Of a stretch of DNA of 64,000 nucleotides, positions 56,001 through 63,371 are shown piece after piece (the first letter of the stretch is position 1; each line of letters opens with the position of its first letter). The position numbers were made by a program, and so were the translations under genes. The notes below the pieces were generated by a model. That model did no database searches. It saw nothing but the letters and a program-made list of their open reading frames with translations, and was not told the DNA's origin. This DNA comes from Acutalibacteraceae bacterium (lineage in GTDB: Bacteria; Bacillota; Clostridia; Oscillospirales; Acutalibacteraceae), in contig JAZNWJ010000043.1 of assembly GCA_045593245.1 (NCBI GenBank), forward strand, positions 36,254-100,253, given 5' to 3'.

Positions 56001-56164
56001 TGCGGCTTGCCGTTAGCGGTAGGGGGACCGTCGTAGAATACGTAGGGTTTGCCCTGAGCCTTTGTTTCAATGCTCTTTTCAAAGATTTTGTTCTCGTCCC
56101 AAAATTCTTTGATTTTCTTTTCTTGCTCTACAAAATTAAGATTTGGAGAGATGTTGTCGTACAT
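53015..56164 (-). CDS. ileS: Isoleucine--tRNA ligase, long type-2 form
   Basis: It has HIGH (PTANGKPHIGHV) and KMSKS (QKMSKSKGN) motifs and a CP1 editing domain. At 1049 aa it is typical of IleRS2. Confidence 0.95.
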   Translation of the reverse strand: MYDNISPNLNFVEQEKKIKEFWDENKIFEKSIETKAQGKPYVFYDGPPTANGKPHIGHVLTRVIKDMIPRYRTMKGCMVPRKAERDTHGLPVELEVGKLLGLDGKEQIEEYGLDPFIGHCKESVWKYKGMWEDFSKTVGFWADMDNPYVTYDNNFIESEWWALKQIFDKGLLYKGFKIVPYCPRCGTPLSSHEVAQGYKNVKERSAVVRFKVVGEDAYFLAWTTTPWTLPSNVALCVNPDETYCRVKAADGYTYYMAEALLDKVLGKLATEDTPAYEILESYKGAELEYKEYEPLFDFVKPTCEKQNKKGHYITCDGYVTMTDGTGIVHIAPAFGEDDAKVGRKYDLPFVQFVDGQGNLTSETPYAGVFVKKADPLVLVDLEKMGLLFDAPKFEHDYPHCWRCDTPLIYYARESWFIKMTAVKDDLIRNNDTVNWIPESIGKGRFGDWLKNVQDWGISRNRYWGTPLNIWTCECGHMHSIGSIEELKSMSDNCPDDIELHRPYIDEVTIKCPHCGKAMHRVPEVIDCWFDSGAMPFAQHHYPFENKDLFESQFPADFISEAVDQTRGWFYSLMAISTLIFNKAPYKNVIVLGHVQDENGQKMSKSKGNAVDPFDALESYGAVAIRWYFYTNSAPWLPNRFHGKAVVEGQRKFMGTLWNTYAFYVLYANIDKFDPTKHILNPDNLTVMDKWLISKLNSMVKAVDENLANYRIPEAARALQEFVDEMSNWYVRRGRERYWVQGMTADKETAYLVLYNALVTTAKAAAPMIPFMTESIYQNLVRNVDKSAPESIHLCDFPAIDEAAIDTKLEENMESVLEIVVLGRSARNGSAIKNRQPLSTMYVKCDTPLDNFYADIIKDELNIKSVDFTNEVDNLVSYSFKPQLKTVGPKYGKQLGEIRTALSELDGNAAKAELDANGEIVLALASGKVKLGTEDLLIEAKQKEGFFTVSDHGVTVALDTTLTEELIEEGFVREIVSKIQTMRKEANFNVTDHIAVTMSGSEKVIAIANKLSSEIAGDTLADSIAAGNVDGYSKEWDINGEKLTIGVKCV

Positions 56165-56199
56165 TTAGATTACAATCCTTTCAATAGTTAGTTTTTTCA

Positions 56200-56470
56200 A
56201 ACTAAAATAAAATCCCCGTCCATAATAGGACAGGGATGAAATAATACATCTCGTGTTTTACCACCTATTAGAACGGACCAATATCCGCACTCCCTATAAC
56301 GGTGGAGATGACCGTCTTACGCTAATCGTGGGGAATCCCAACCTTTCACGCAGAAGCTCGGAAGTGATATTCACGCGTTTACATACCACTGACCTTACAC
56401 CGTCGTCAGCTCGCTATAGGTATATGTTCAAAACACGCTACTGTCTTCGTCACAGCCTTTACCGAGCATA
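56200..56470 (-). promoter_or_regulatory. T-box riboswitch leader (Ile specifier) with an intrinsic terminator
   Basis: On the minus strand there are stem I elements (gacgaagacagtagcg, agcgagc...ggtg.aa) and a specifier-loop candidate gaaUAUCAc with AUC at complement(56366..56368). The T-box sequence AATAGGTGGTAAAACACGA lies at complement(56252..56270). The terminator catccctgtcc-tattatg-gacgggga plus a T-run lies at 56203-56238. Confidence 0.8.
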
Positions 56471-56499
56471 ATCTTAACACAATTTATTTAAAAAATCAA
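56471..56499 (-). promoter_or_regulatory. Candidate promoter for the ileS T-box leader
   Basis: On the minus strand, TTGATT, a 17-nt spacer, then TAAGAT preceded by TGt. Confidence 0.4.
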
Positions 56500-56556
56500 T
56501 AGTAAACTGATTAAAAATGTCTTTAGCGGAAAAAATAGGGAATAAGGAGTGTTTAT

Positions 56557-57885
56557 ATGGTAAAAAAGCAAACGTTTATAAAAATGGTATCGTTTATGTC
56601 TGCGGCAATTCTGGTTGCGGTGGGATTTGCGATTAAAGAAAAAAATAAAAGCGATTACTACCTCAATATGATAGAAAATCAATATTCAAGGGCGTTTGAG
56701 CAACTAAGCAGCAGCCTTAACAATATAAATATGGCGATGCAAAAGGTGGTATATGTATCGTCGGCTAAAAAGATGAGTTCTCTCTCGGCGGAAATTTTCA
56801 GTGAAGCCGAGCTTGCAAAGACGGCGCTGTCTGAACTGCCGATGGGGAACGGCAACACGTCGACAATCTATCGTTTTTTATCACAGGTTGGTAATTATGC
56901 GCTGTCGGTTTCAAAAAATATAACAAGTGAAAATGCACTAACGACCAAACAGCGTGAGGAACTCAAGCTGCTTTCTGACACAGCCCATACGGTGACACAG
57001 GTTATAAATGATATTGGAGTCGAGTATAACACAGCAGAACAGTGGGCGCAGGCGGTTGAGGATAAATTAAATGACGTTGTAACTGAACAAGGTCTTGCGA
57101 ATTCACTGACTCAGCTTGAAGAGGATTTATCCGACTACCCGACGCTTATATATGATGGACCGTATTCTGACCACCTGTTGGAGAAAGAACCTTTGATGAC
57201 TATAGGCGCGAAGGAGTATTCTGTCGAAGAGGCGGTGGAAAAGGCGAAGAAAACCGTTGGAGAAAACAGCGGTTTAAGATATGAGGATGTGCAGGGCGGA
57301 AAAATTGAGTGCTATAGATTTGTAGGCAACAACGCTACCGTTGCGGTAAGCAAAGCGGGCGGTTACGTTGTATATATGCGAAAAAACCGTACGGTAGGAG
57401 AAAACCTTCTTTCTTATGAGCAAGCGTTGTTTAAGGCTAAAGCTTTTTTGGAAAAAATGCAGATAACGAGTATGGTTGACACATACTTTTATACCGATAA
57501 TGGTGTTTGTGTTATAAATTTTGCATATCTTGACGGACAAACTATTTGCTATACCGACCTTATAAAAGTAGGTGTTGCTATGGATACAGGAGAGATAATG
57601 CTGCTTGAAACAGCGGGGTATTTAACCAATCATACCGAACGGGCTTTTAGGTCCCCTGAGTTTACTGTGGAAGAGGCGATGAAAAAGATAAGCAGTGACC
57701 TCGAGGTAAAAGAATCTGCTATAGCGCTGATACCTACCGATGCAGGCGGAGAGGTCAGATGCTATGAATTTTTATGTGAAGGGCAAGACAATCAGGAAAT
57801 ATTGGTGTATATAAACCTACTGACACAGGAAGAAGAGCAACTTTATATTTTGCTTAAAACCGATGGAGGAACGTTGGTAAAATAA
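56557..57885 (+). CDS. ypeB: Germination protein YpeB (N-terminal anchor, YpeB domain, PepSY repeats)
   Basis: It has an N-terminal TM segment, then NQYSRAFEQLSSSLNNINMAMQKVVYVSS, typical of YpeB. The C-terminal PepSY-like repeats end in ECYRF and RCYEF. An AAGGAG RBS precedes it. Confidence 0.78.
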   Translation: MVKKQTFIKMVSFMSAAILVAVGFAIKEKNKSDYYLNMIENQYSRAFEQLSSSLNNINMAMQKVVYVSSAKKMSSLSAEIFSEAELAKTALSELPMGNGNTSTIYRFLSQVGNYALSVSKNITSENALTTKQREELKLLSDTAHTVTQVINDIGVEYNTAEQWAQAVEDKLNDVVTEQGLANSLTQLEEDLSDYPTLIYDGPYSDHLLEKEPLMTIGAKEYSVEEAVEKAKKTVGENSGLRYEDVQGGKIECYRFVGNNATVAVSKAGGYVVYMRKNRTVGENLLSYEQALFKAKAFLEKMQITSMVDTYFYTDNGVCVINFAYLDGQTICYTDLIKVGVAMDTGEIMLLETAGYLTNHTERAFRSPEFTVEEAMKKISSDLEVKESAIALIPTDAGGEVRCYEFLCEGQDNQEILVYINLLTQEEEQLYILLKTDGGTLVK

Positions 57886-57914
57886 AGCAAGGTCATCTGA
57901 CCTTGCTTTATTTT
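57881..57914 (+). terminator. Rho-independent terminator overlapping the ypeB stop codon
   Basis: aataaagcaaggtca-tc-tgaccttgctttatttt. Confidence 0.75.
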
Positions 57915-57916
57915 AC

Positions 57917-58043
57917 AGTTATATTCGCCTGACGGCGAGTGATATTGCTTCGCAGTGATATTTGGCTTGCGCCAAGTGATATTCGCTTCGCGAGTTTTGG
58001 TGGCGAATATAATATAACTAAAACCAAGGGTTTTAATATCACT
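57917..58043. repeat. Mosaic stacked-hairpin repeat element, shorter copy, in inverted orientation relative to 48914-49133
   Basis: 9-mers lie at 57917 (agttatatt), 57938, 57954 and 57975 (agtgatatt), and mirror 9-mers at 58011 (aatataact) and 58035 (aatatcact). The hairpins are tcgcc-tgac-ggcga, ttggc-ttgc-gccaa and aaaacc-aag-ggtttt. The 28-nt core is at 57981-58008. The last 9-mer overlaps the stop codon of the HTH-TPR gene. Confidence 0.8.
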
Positions 58044-58962
58044 TACAAATTTTTTCAAAACACTCTTGCGCGCGCTTTTCTTCTGTGGCGGCTTCGATAT
58101 CGTAGCCGCCATTTTTTAAGTGGTCTACTATTTCGCACCAGATTTTATATGCCTTTTCATATTCTCCTAACTCTTCATAGCAAAAAGCCATTGAATATTT
58201 TTGGTCTAAATTTTCGGTTGTGAGGCTGTCTGCCTTGTTCCAATACTGGAATGCTTCGTCATATTTTTTAAGTCGGTTACATATATTGCCGCCGTGGACG
58301 TATAATTCCCAGTTATCAGAAAATTTTGTTATTGCCTGTTTGAAACGTTTATATGCTTCATCATAACGTTTCGCACAGATATATGATGCTATTAAAAAGC
58401 ACCATTCCTGTGAGTCATTTGGTGAATTTTTTATTCTTTCAAGTTGTGTTGATATACTTTCCTCTGCTTTGCCTATTTGAGCGTAGAATGCGATTTGTTG
58501 ATGTTTGGTGCGGTTATATGTTTTCAAATCATTTTCGGGTCCTTTTTGGATAATTTCATCAAAAAGTTGGATAGCCTTTTCTTTGCAATAATTCATCATA
58601 TATTGATGAATTATGCCATAAACTCGCATATCCTCGTTGGTTAAAGCACCACTTTTTTCTAATTTCTTAAATTCGGCTTCTGATTGTATAAAATCTTGTG
58701 GGTCACGTGTTGCCTCATACACGCTTGCAAGGCGCGAGGCATAGTTGTTATATGCTATACAATCTGGCTTGTAGAGGTCGTCTATCGTTACGCAGTAAAG
58801 TTTTGCAACGTTGGGCAGCAGCATTACATCGGGTAGGGTGGTACCGCACTCCCAACGAGAAACGGTTTGTGCTGTAACACCTAATTTTTCGGCAGCTTGC
58901 TCTTGTGTTAAATTTTTTTGCTGTCGCAATCTTTTTAAATTATTTGAAAATACAGTATTCAT
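58039..58962 (-). CDS. XRE-family HTH regulator with a C-terminal TPR domain (RRNPP-like architecture)
   Basis: It has the HTH motif LRQQKNLTQEQAAEKLGVTAQTVSRWECGTTLPD. Repeated TPR-like A..(Y/F)..A helices run through the rest (YDEAYKRFKQAI, YDEAFQYWNKA, YEKAYKIWCEI). Confidence 0.8.
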   Translation of the reverse strand: MNTVFSNNLKRLRQQKNLTQEQAAEKLGVTAQTVSRWECGTTLPDVMLLPNVAKLYCVTIDDLYKPDCIAYNNYASRLASVYEATRDPQDFIQSEAEFKKLEKSGALTNEDMRVYGIIHQYMMNYCKEKAIQLFDEIIQKGPENDLKTYNRTKHQQIAFYAQIGKAEESISTQLERIKNSPNDSQEWCFLIASYICAKRYDEAYKRFKQAITKFSDNWELYVHGGNICNRLKKYDEAFQYWNKADSLTTENLDQKYSMAFCYEELGEYEKAYKIWCEIVDHLKNGGYDIEAATEEKRAQECFEKICK

Positions 58963-59132
58963 AAACTTGTCTCCTATTGGTTTTTAGAAGCTTCTGATTT
59001 TATTATACTTAAAATTTTGTAGCAGTCCACATCTTATTTTATGATTAGAATCTCGAAATCTGTTTAGTGTGCTTGTAAAAAGGTAAGTGTTGTGGTATAT
59101 TTATTGTATATTAAATTTTCAAAGAGGTAATT

Positions 59133-59498
59133 ATGCCATTGGTCAGTGAAGTGAAACACATTTATGAACCAAATCCGCTTGCTTGTGGGCAAGCGGTGCT
59201 TGCTATGCTGTCGGGACTCAACGTGGAAGAAATAATTAAGTTGGTAAAAACCGAAAAGGAAACTACGCTTAAAGACATGAAAGCGGCCTTAAAATCCCTT
59301 GGCATTTCCTTTAAAGAAAACAAGGTAGAGGTAAAAAGCAAAAACGAATTGCCGCGGGTGGCTCTGCTGAGCCTTGAAACTCCGAAATGCTGGCATTGGT
59401 CGCTATACTTTGACGGTGTTTTTTATGATCCCGAGTATGGAGTGCTTACGGATTTTCCGCCCTCAAACAGGCGTTATTTTTGGGAAATAACGCCTTGA
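59133..59498 (+). CDS. Stand-alone peptidase C39-like (papain-fold, double-glycine peptidase-like) domain protein
   Basis: A candidate catalytic Cys sits in NPLACGQAVLAMLSG and a His/Asp pair in CWHWSLYFDGVFYDPEYG. This parallels the C39 pattern DCG.ACLAM ... HFVVL...DP..G. The match is by eye only. Confidence 0.45.
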   Translation: MPLVSEVKHIYEPNPLACGQAVLAMLSGLNVEEIIKLVKTEKETTLKDMKAALKSLGISFKENKVEVKSKNELPRVALLSLETPKCWHWSLYFDGVFYDPEYGVLTDFPPSNRRYFWEITP

Positions 59499-59523
59499 CA
59501 AGCATATATAAAAATATTAGAAT
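59495..59523 (+). promoter_or_regulatory. Candidate sigma-A promoter for rpe
   Basis: TTGACA (59495-59500), a 17-nt spacer, then TAGAAT (59518-59523). The -35 overlaps the stop codon of the upstream gene. Confidence 0.5.
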
Positions 59524-59554
59524 TGTATAAATAGATTTACTTAAGGTGGTTTTT

Positions 59555-60199
59555 ATGGTAAAGATTTCTCCATCGATTTTGATTTCGGATTTTTTAACAC
59601 TTAAGGATAGCATAAAAGAGCTGGAAGAAGCTGGCGTTGATATGCTGCATCTTGATGTTATGGACGGTATTTTTGTACCGAATATTTCGTTTGGTAACCC
59701 TGTTATCAAGTCAATAAAAGCGCATACAAATTTGCCGCTTGACGTGCATCTTATGATAGACAGGCCTCACAGATACATAGAGGAATTTGCAAAATATGCC
59801 GATCTTTTAGGCTTTCATTATGAGGCGGGTTCGGATAGTGAGGAATTGCTTAAGAAGATACGTGAACTTGGCTGTAAAAGTTGTATTACAATAAAACCTG
59901 CAACTGCAGCGGAGGAAATTTTCCCATTGTTGCCGCTTTGCGATATGGTGCTTGTAATGTCAGTAGAACCAGGTTTTGGCGGTCAGAAGTTTATGCCTAT
60001 GGCACTCGATAAGATTGCCGCCATAAAGGCTGAGTGTGAGCGTCAGGGACTAAGCGTTGACATTGAGGTTGACGGCGGTATAAACGCTGAAACCGCACCA
60101 CAGGCTATAGCAGCGGGCGCTAACGTATTGGTAGCGGGGAACTTCTTGTTTTCTGCCGATGATATGGGCGCAAAGGTGCGAGAAATTAAATCGCTTTAA
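59555..60199 (+). CDS. rpe: Ribulose-phosphate 3-epimerase
   Basis: It has ISPSILISDF, HLDVMDGIFVPNISFG, MSVEPGFGGQKF and VDGGIN. An AAGGTGG RBS precedes ATG 59555. Confidence 0.93.
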   Translation: MVKISPSILISDFLTLKDSIKELEEAGVDMLHLDVMDGIFVPNISFGNPVIKSIKAHTNLPLDVHLMIDRPHRYIEEFAKYADLLGFHYEAGSDSEELLKKIRELGCKSCITIKPATAAEEIFPLLPLCDMVLVMSVEPGFGGQKFMPMALDKIAAIKAECERQGLSVDIEVDGGINAETAPQAIAAGANVLVAGNFLFSADDMGAKVREIKSL

Positions 60200-60256
60200 A
60201 TTTGTATATTTATAAAACAATTACCAATACTTTCTTTAGAAAGAGGGAGTATTGGT

Positions 60257-60382
60257 ATGTTTGATAAAATTGAAAGTGATTTTTTGCGAGTTTTTTTTAA
60301 ATCAGCGGTTATTACCATTTCGGCAATATCGCTGATACTTATAGGATATTTTACGGCAGGATTTTTATCTGGAGGTTTATGA
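60257..60382 (+). CDS. Candidate 41-aa hydrophobic micro-protein, translationally coupled to the phosphomutase gene
   Basis: ATG 60257 follows a GAGGGAG RBS by 7 nt. The product MFDKIESDFLRVFFKSAVITISAISLILIGYFTAGFLSGGL contains one TM-like segment. Its TGA overlaps the downstream ATG (TGATG). It is below the 60-aa track threshold. Confidence 0.3.
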   Translation: MFDKIESDFLRVFFKSAVITISAISLILIGYFTAGFLSGGL

Positions 60383-61854
60383 TGGATTATATGTTTTTAA
60401 AAAGCGGTACCGATGTTCGCGGTATTGCATCAGACTTAGGTGGTAAGGCTGTAGAACTTACCGATGAAGCGGTTTATGATATTGCGGCGGCGTTTGCTGT
60501 GTGGTGCGCAAATAAGTTTTCAAAGGGCGCAAATGAACTGAAAATTGCACTCGGTCACGATTCACGTATTACGGCTGATAGAATAAGCGAACAGGTAAAA
60601 AAAGCACTTACAAACGCAGGTATTACAGTTCTTGATTGCGGTCTGGCGTCTACTCCTGCTATGTTTATGACTACCGTTGATTTACATACAGATGCCGCTA
60701 TACAGATTACGGCAAGCCACCATCCGTTTGATAGAAATGGTCTTAAATTTTTTGTTGGTACAGGTGGTCTTGAGGGTAGCGATATTTCGGAGATTTTAAC
60801 ACTTGCCGAGCGTAAAGAAGAGTGCATTAGCGCCCAAAAGGGTAATGTGGAAAAAGTTGACTATATGAAGGATTACGCTGCACGGCTTCGCGATATGATA
60901 ATACGCGAGACAGGTAAGGGCGAAAAGCCACTTCAGAATTATCACATTGTTGTCGATGCGGGCAATGGTGTTGGAGGGTTTTACGCAAACGAGGTGTTGG
61001 CTCCTTTGGGCGCAGATATCTGCGGCAGTCAGTTTTTAGATCCTGACGGTATGTTCCCGAATCACATACCAAACCCTGAAAACAAGCAGGCTATAGAGAG
61101 TATCTGTGATGCTGTTAAAACAAGCGGCGCTGATTTTGGCGTTATTTTTGATACCGACGTGGACCGTGCAGGTTGTGTTGACGGTGATGGTAACGAAATA
61201 AACCGCAACCGACTTATCGCTATAGCGGCATATATTGCTTTGGGTGGTAAAAAGGGTGGTACAATTGTTACCGACTCGGTTACATCTGACGGACTTAAAA
61301 AGTATATTCAGGAAGATTTGGGCGGTGTGCATTACCGCTATCGTCGTGGATACAAAAACGTAATCAACAAAGCGATAGAATTGTGCGAGCAGGGCATTGA
61401 TTGTCCCCTTGCTATTGAAACTTCGGGTCACGCGGCGCTACGTGAAAATTACTTCCTTGACGACGGTGCGTATCTTGCTACAAAGATTATAATCGAGCTT
61501 GCAAAGGGTACAGATATTAAGGCTTTGTTATCTACAATGGAAATGCCAGCTGAAGAGGCTGAATACCGCTTTAATATACTTGAAAAAGATTTCCGTACAT
61601 ACGGTCAAAACGTTATTGATGAACTCGAGAAATTTGCGGCAGCCAAGGATGATTACGTTATTGCCGACGATAACCGCGAAGGTATAAGAGTATCAACAGC
61701 TAACGGTTGGTTCTTGCTTCGTCTGAGCGTTCACGATCCTGTAATGCCAATGAATTTTGAAAGCAATGAAGCAGGCGGCATCGAGATTATGAAGGGTGAA
61801 CTTAAAGAGTTCTTTGAAAGATTTGGAGCGTTAGAAATTCCAAAAGGATTTTAA
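60382..61854 (+). CDS. Phosphomannomutase/phosphoglucomutase family (alpha-D-phosphohexomutase)
   Basis: It has the active-site loop ITASHHPFDRNG (T/SxSHNP variant), the metal loop FDTDVDR and a sugar-binding loop ETSGH. The start could be 60379 or 60382, and a GGAGG RBS favours 60382. Confidence 0.87.
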   Translation: MDYMFLKSGTDVRGIASDLGGKAVELTDEAVYDIAAAFAVWCANKFSKGANELKIALGHDSRITADRISEQVKKALTNAGITVLDCGLASTPAMFMTTVDLHTDAAIQITASHHPFDRNGLKFFVGTGGLEGSDISEILTLAERKEECISAQKGNVEKVDYMKDYAARLRDMIIRETGKGEKPLQNYHIVVDAGNGVGGFYANEVLAPLGADICGSQFLDPDGMFPNHIPNPENKQAIESICDAVKTSGADFGVIFDTDVDRAGCVDGDGNEINRNRLIAIAAYIALGGKKGGTIVTDSVTSDGLKKYIQEDLGGVHYRYRRGYKNVINKAIELCEQGIDCPLAIETSGHAALRENYFLDDGAYLATKIIIELAKGTDIKALLSTMEMPAEEAEYRFNILEKDFRTYGQNVIDELEKFAAAKDDYVIADDNREGIRVSTANGWFLLRLSVHDPVMPMNFESNEAGGIEIMKGELKEFFERFGALEIPKGF

Positions 61855-61865
61855 TAGGTGATTGA

Positions 61866-62549
61866 ATGGCGAAAAAAGCAAAGAAGAATTCAGACGCGTT
61901 AGGGACTATAGTAACAATAGTTTCAATAGCCACCTTATTGCTTTCGTACGGTTATCTTTCAAAACAAATAAATATTTTAGTTCAAGTCGTTTTGCTTTTG
62001 ATTTTATTGTTCTTTTTTAATTTCTTTTTATTTGCAAGAAAAGAGACCACAAACCTACATACGGCAGTTTGGATGTTCGAAATGCTTTTTGTGTTTTTGT
62101 CGTTATTTATAAATTTCAGATATTTTTCATTCTTAAAAAAAGGAATTATTCCTTTTTGGCAAATTGCATTGGCTGTAGGTATTGCAGCCGGTGTTGCTGC
62201 AACGGCTTTTATGTGTAAACACACGCGTTTTTGGGGAAGGATAGGGTGTTTTGCCCTGAGTTTCTTTCTTGTTGCTTTTACTGTTGAAATGATGATTGCA
62301 AATTTGAATTATGCGTTGGATTTTAGCAAACCTACAAAAACAATAATAACAATTGAAGATAAAGATTTTGATTATAATCGAAGATCACCAAACAGTTATG
62401 AATTTGAATTTACGATTGACGGCAGAGAATTTGATATTGAAGTGCCGTCATCGGTATATGATGAATACGACGTGGGTGATATATATGAGCTTATTGTATA
62501 TAATGGTGCTTTTGATGAAGCGTTTTATATGTCAAACGATGTTACCTAA
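61866..62549 (+). CDS. Hypothetical membrane protein
   Basis: It has about five hydrophobic segments followed by a soluble tail of about 70 aa. No recognised motif. Confidence 0.55.
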   Translation: MAKKAKKNSDALGTIVTIVSIATLLLSYGYLSKQINILVQVVLLLILLFFFNFFLFARKETTNLHTAVWMFEMLFVFLSLFINFRYFSFLKKGIIPFWQIALAVGIAAGVAATAFMCKHTRFWGRIGCFALSFFLVAFTVEMMIANLNYALDFSKPTKTIITIEDKDFDYNRRSPNSYEFEFTIDGREFDIEVPSSVYDEYDVGDIYELIVYNGAFDEAFYMSNDVT

Positions 62550-62576
62550 TAAAAACAAATAAAATATTTAAAAACA

Positions 62577-62618
62577 AAATCAAGCCACAGCTTTAAACGT
62601 AAGCTGTGGCTTGATTTT
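62577..62618. terminator. Bidirectional rho-independent terminator
   Basis: aaaatcaagccacagctt-taaacg-taagctgtggcttgatttt. Confidence 0.75.
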
Positions 62619-62630
62619 AATAGTGAATTA

Positions 62631-63371
62631 TTAAAGTACCTTACTTAAAAAGTCCTGAAGGCGAGGACATTTTGGGTTGTTAAAGATTTCGTCGGGGGTG
62701 CCTTCTTCGGCAATTACGCCTTCGTCGATAAATATAATTCTGTCGGCAACCTCGCGGGCAAATCCCATTTCGTGGGTTACTACCACCATGGTCATACCCT
62801 CTTTTGCCAGGTCTTTCATAAGCTCCAACACTTCGCCAACCATCTCGGGGTCAAGCGCACTTGTGGGCTCGTCAAACAGCATAACCTCGGGATCCATACA
62901 AAGAGCACGAACAATTGCAATACGCTGCTTCTGACCGCCTGAAAGCTGTGAAGGATATGCGCCTGCGCGGTCGGCAAGACCTACTTTTTCAAGAAGCGCC
63001 ATAGCCTTTGCTTCGGCATCGGTACGACTCATTTTTAGTAGCTTCATAGGGGCTATTATCATATTTTTCAGCACTGTCATATGGGGAAAAAGATTGAATT
63101 GCTGAAATACCATTCCCATTTTTTGACGGTGGAGATTTATGTTTGTTTTATCGTCGGTTATATCGGTATCGTTAAAGTATATGTGGCCGTCTGTAGGTTC
63201 TTCAAGACGGTTAAGGCAACGTAAAAAAGTAGATTTTCCCGAGCCTGATGCGCCGATGATAACAACAACTTCACCTTTTTTGATTTCGGTGTCAATGCAT
63301 TTTAAAACTTCGATTTTTTCGAAGTTTTTAACTAATCCTTCGGTTTTAATTAAGGTTTCATTAGTGATCAC
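62631..63371 (-). CDS. Polar amino acid ABC transporter ATP-binding protein (GlnQ/ArtP-like)
   Basis: It has Walker [10 protein letters not shown], the signature LSGGQKQR, Walker [12 protein letters not shown] and an H-loop VVVTHE. A GTG start 10 nt after AGGAGG overlaps the permease stop. Confidence 0.92.
   Translation of the reverse strand: MITNETLIKTEGLVKNFEKIEVLKCIDTEIKKGEVVVIIGASGSGKSTFLRCLNRLEEPTDGHIYFNDTDITDDKTNINLHRQKMGMVFQQFNLFPHMTVLKNMIIAPMKLLKMSRTDAEAKAMALLEKVGLADRAGAYPSQLSGGQKQRIAIVRALCMDPEVMLFDEPTSALDPEMVGEVLELMKDLAKEGMTMVVVTHEMGFAREVADRIIFIDEGVIAEEGTPDEIFNNPKCPRLQDFLSKVL

Noticed and set aside
56363-56371. The repeat 9-mer AGTGATATT also occurs inside the ileS T-box leader.
   Set aside because: It is a single occurrence with no flanking hairpin units. 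A 9-mer is expected roughly 0.5 times by chance in 128 kb of two-strand sequence. Here it is simply the complement of the specifier region (AAUAUCACU).
57843-58112. An 89-aa minus-strand ORF runs across the 57917-58043 repeat.
   Set aside because: Its reading frame exists only because the repeat lacks stops. It overlaps the ypeB terminator and the 3' end of the HTH-TPR gene, and it has no RBS.
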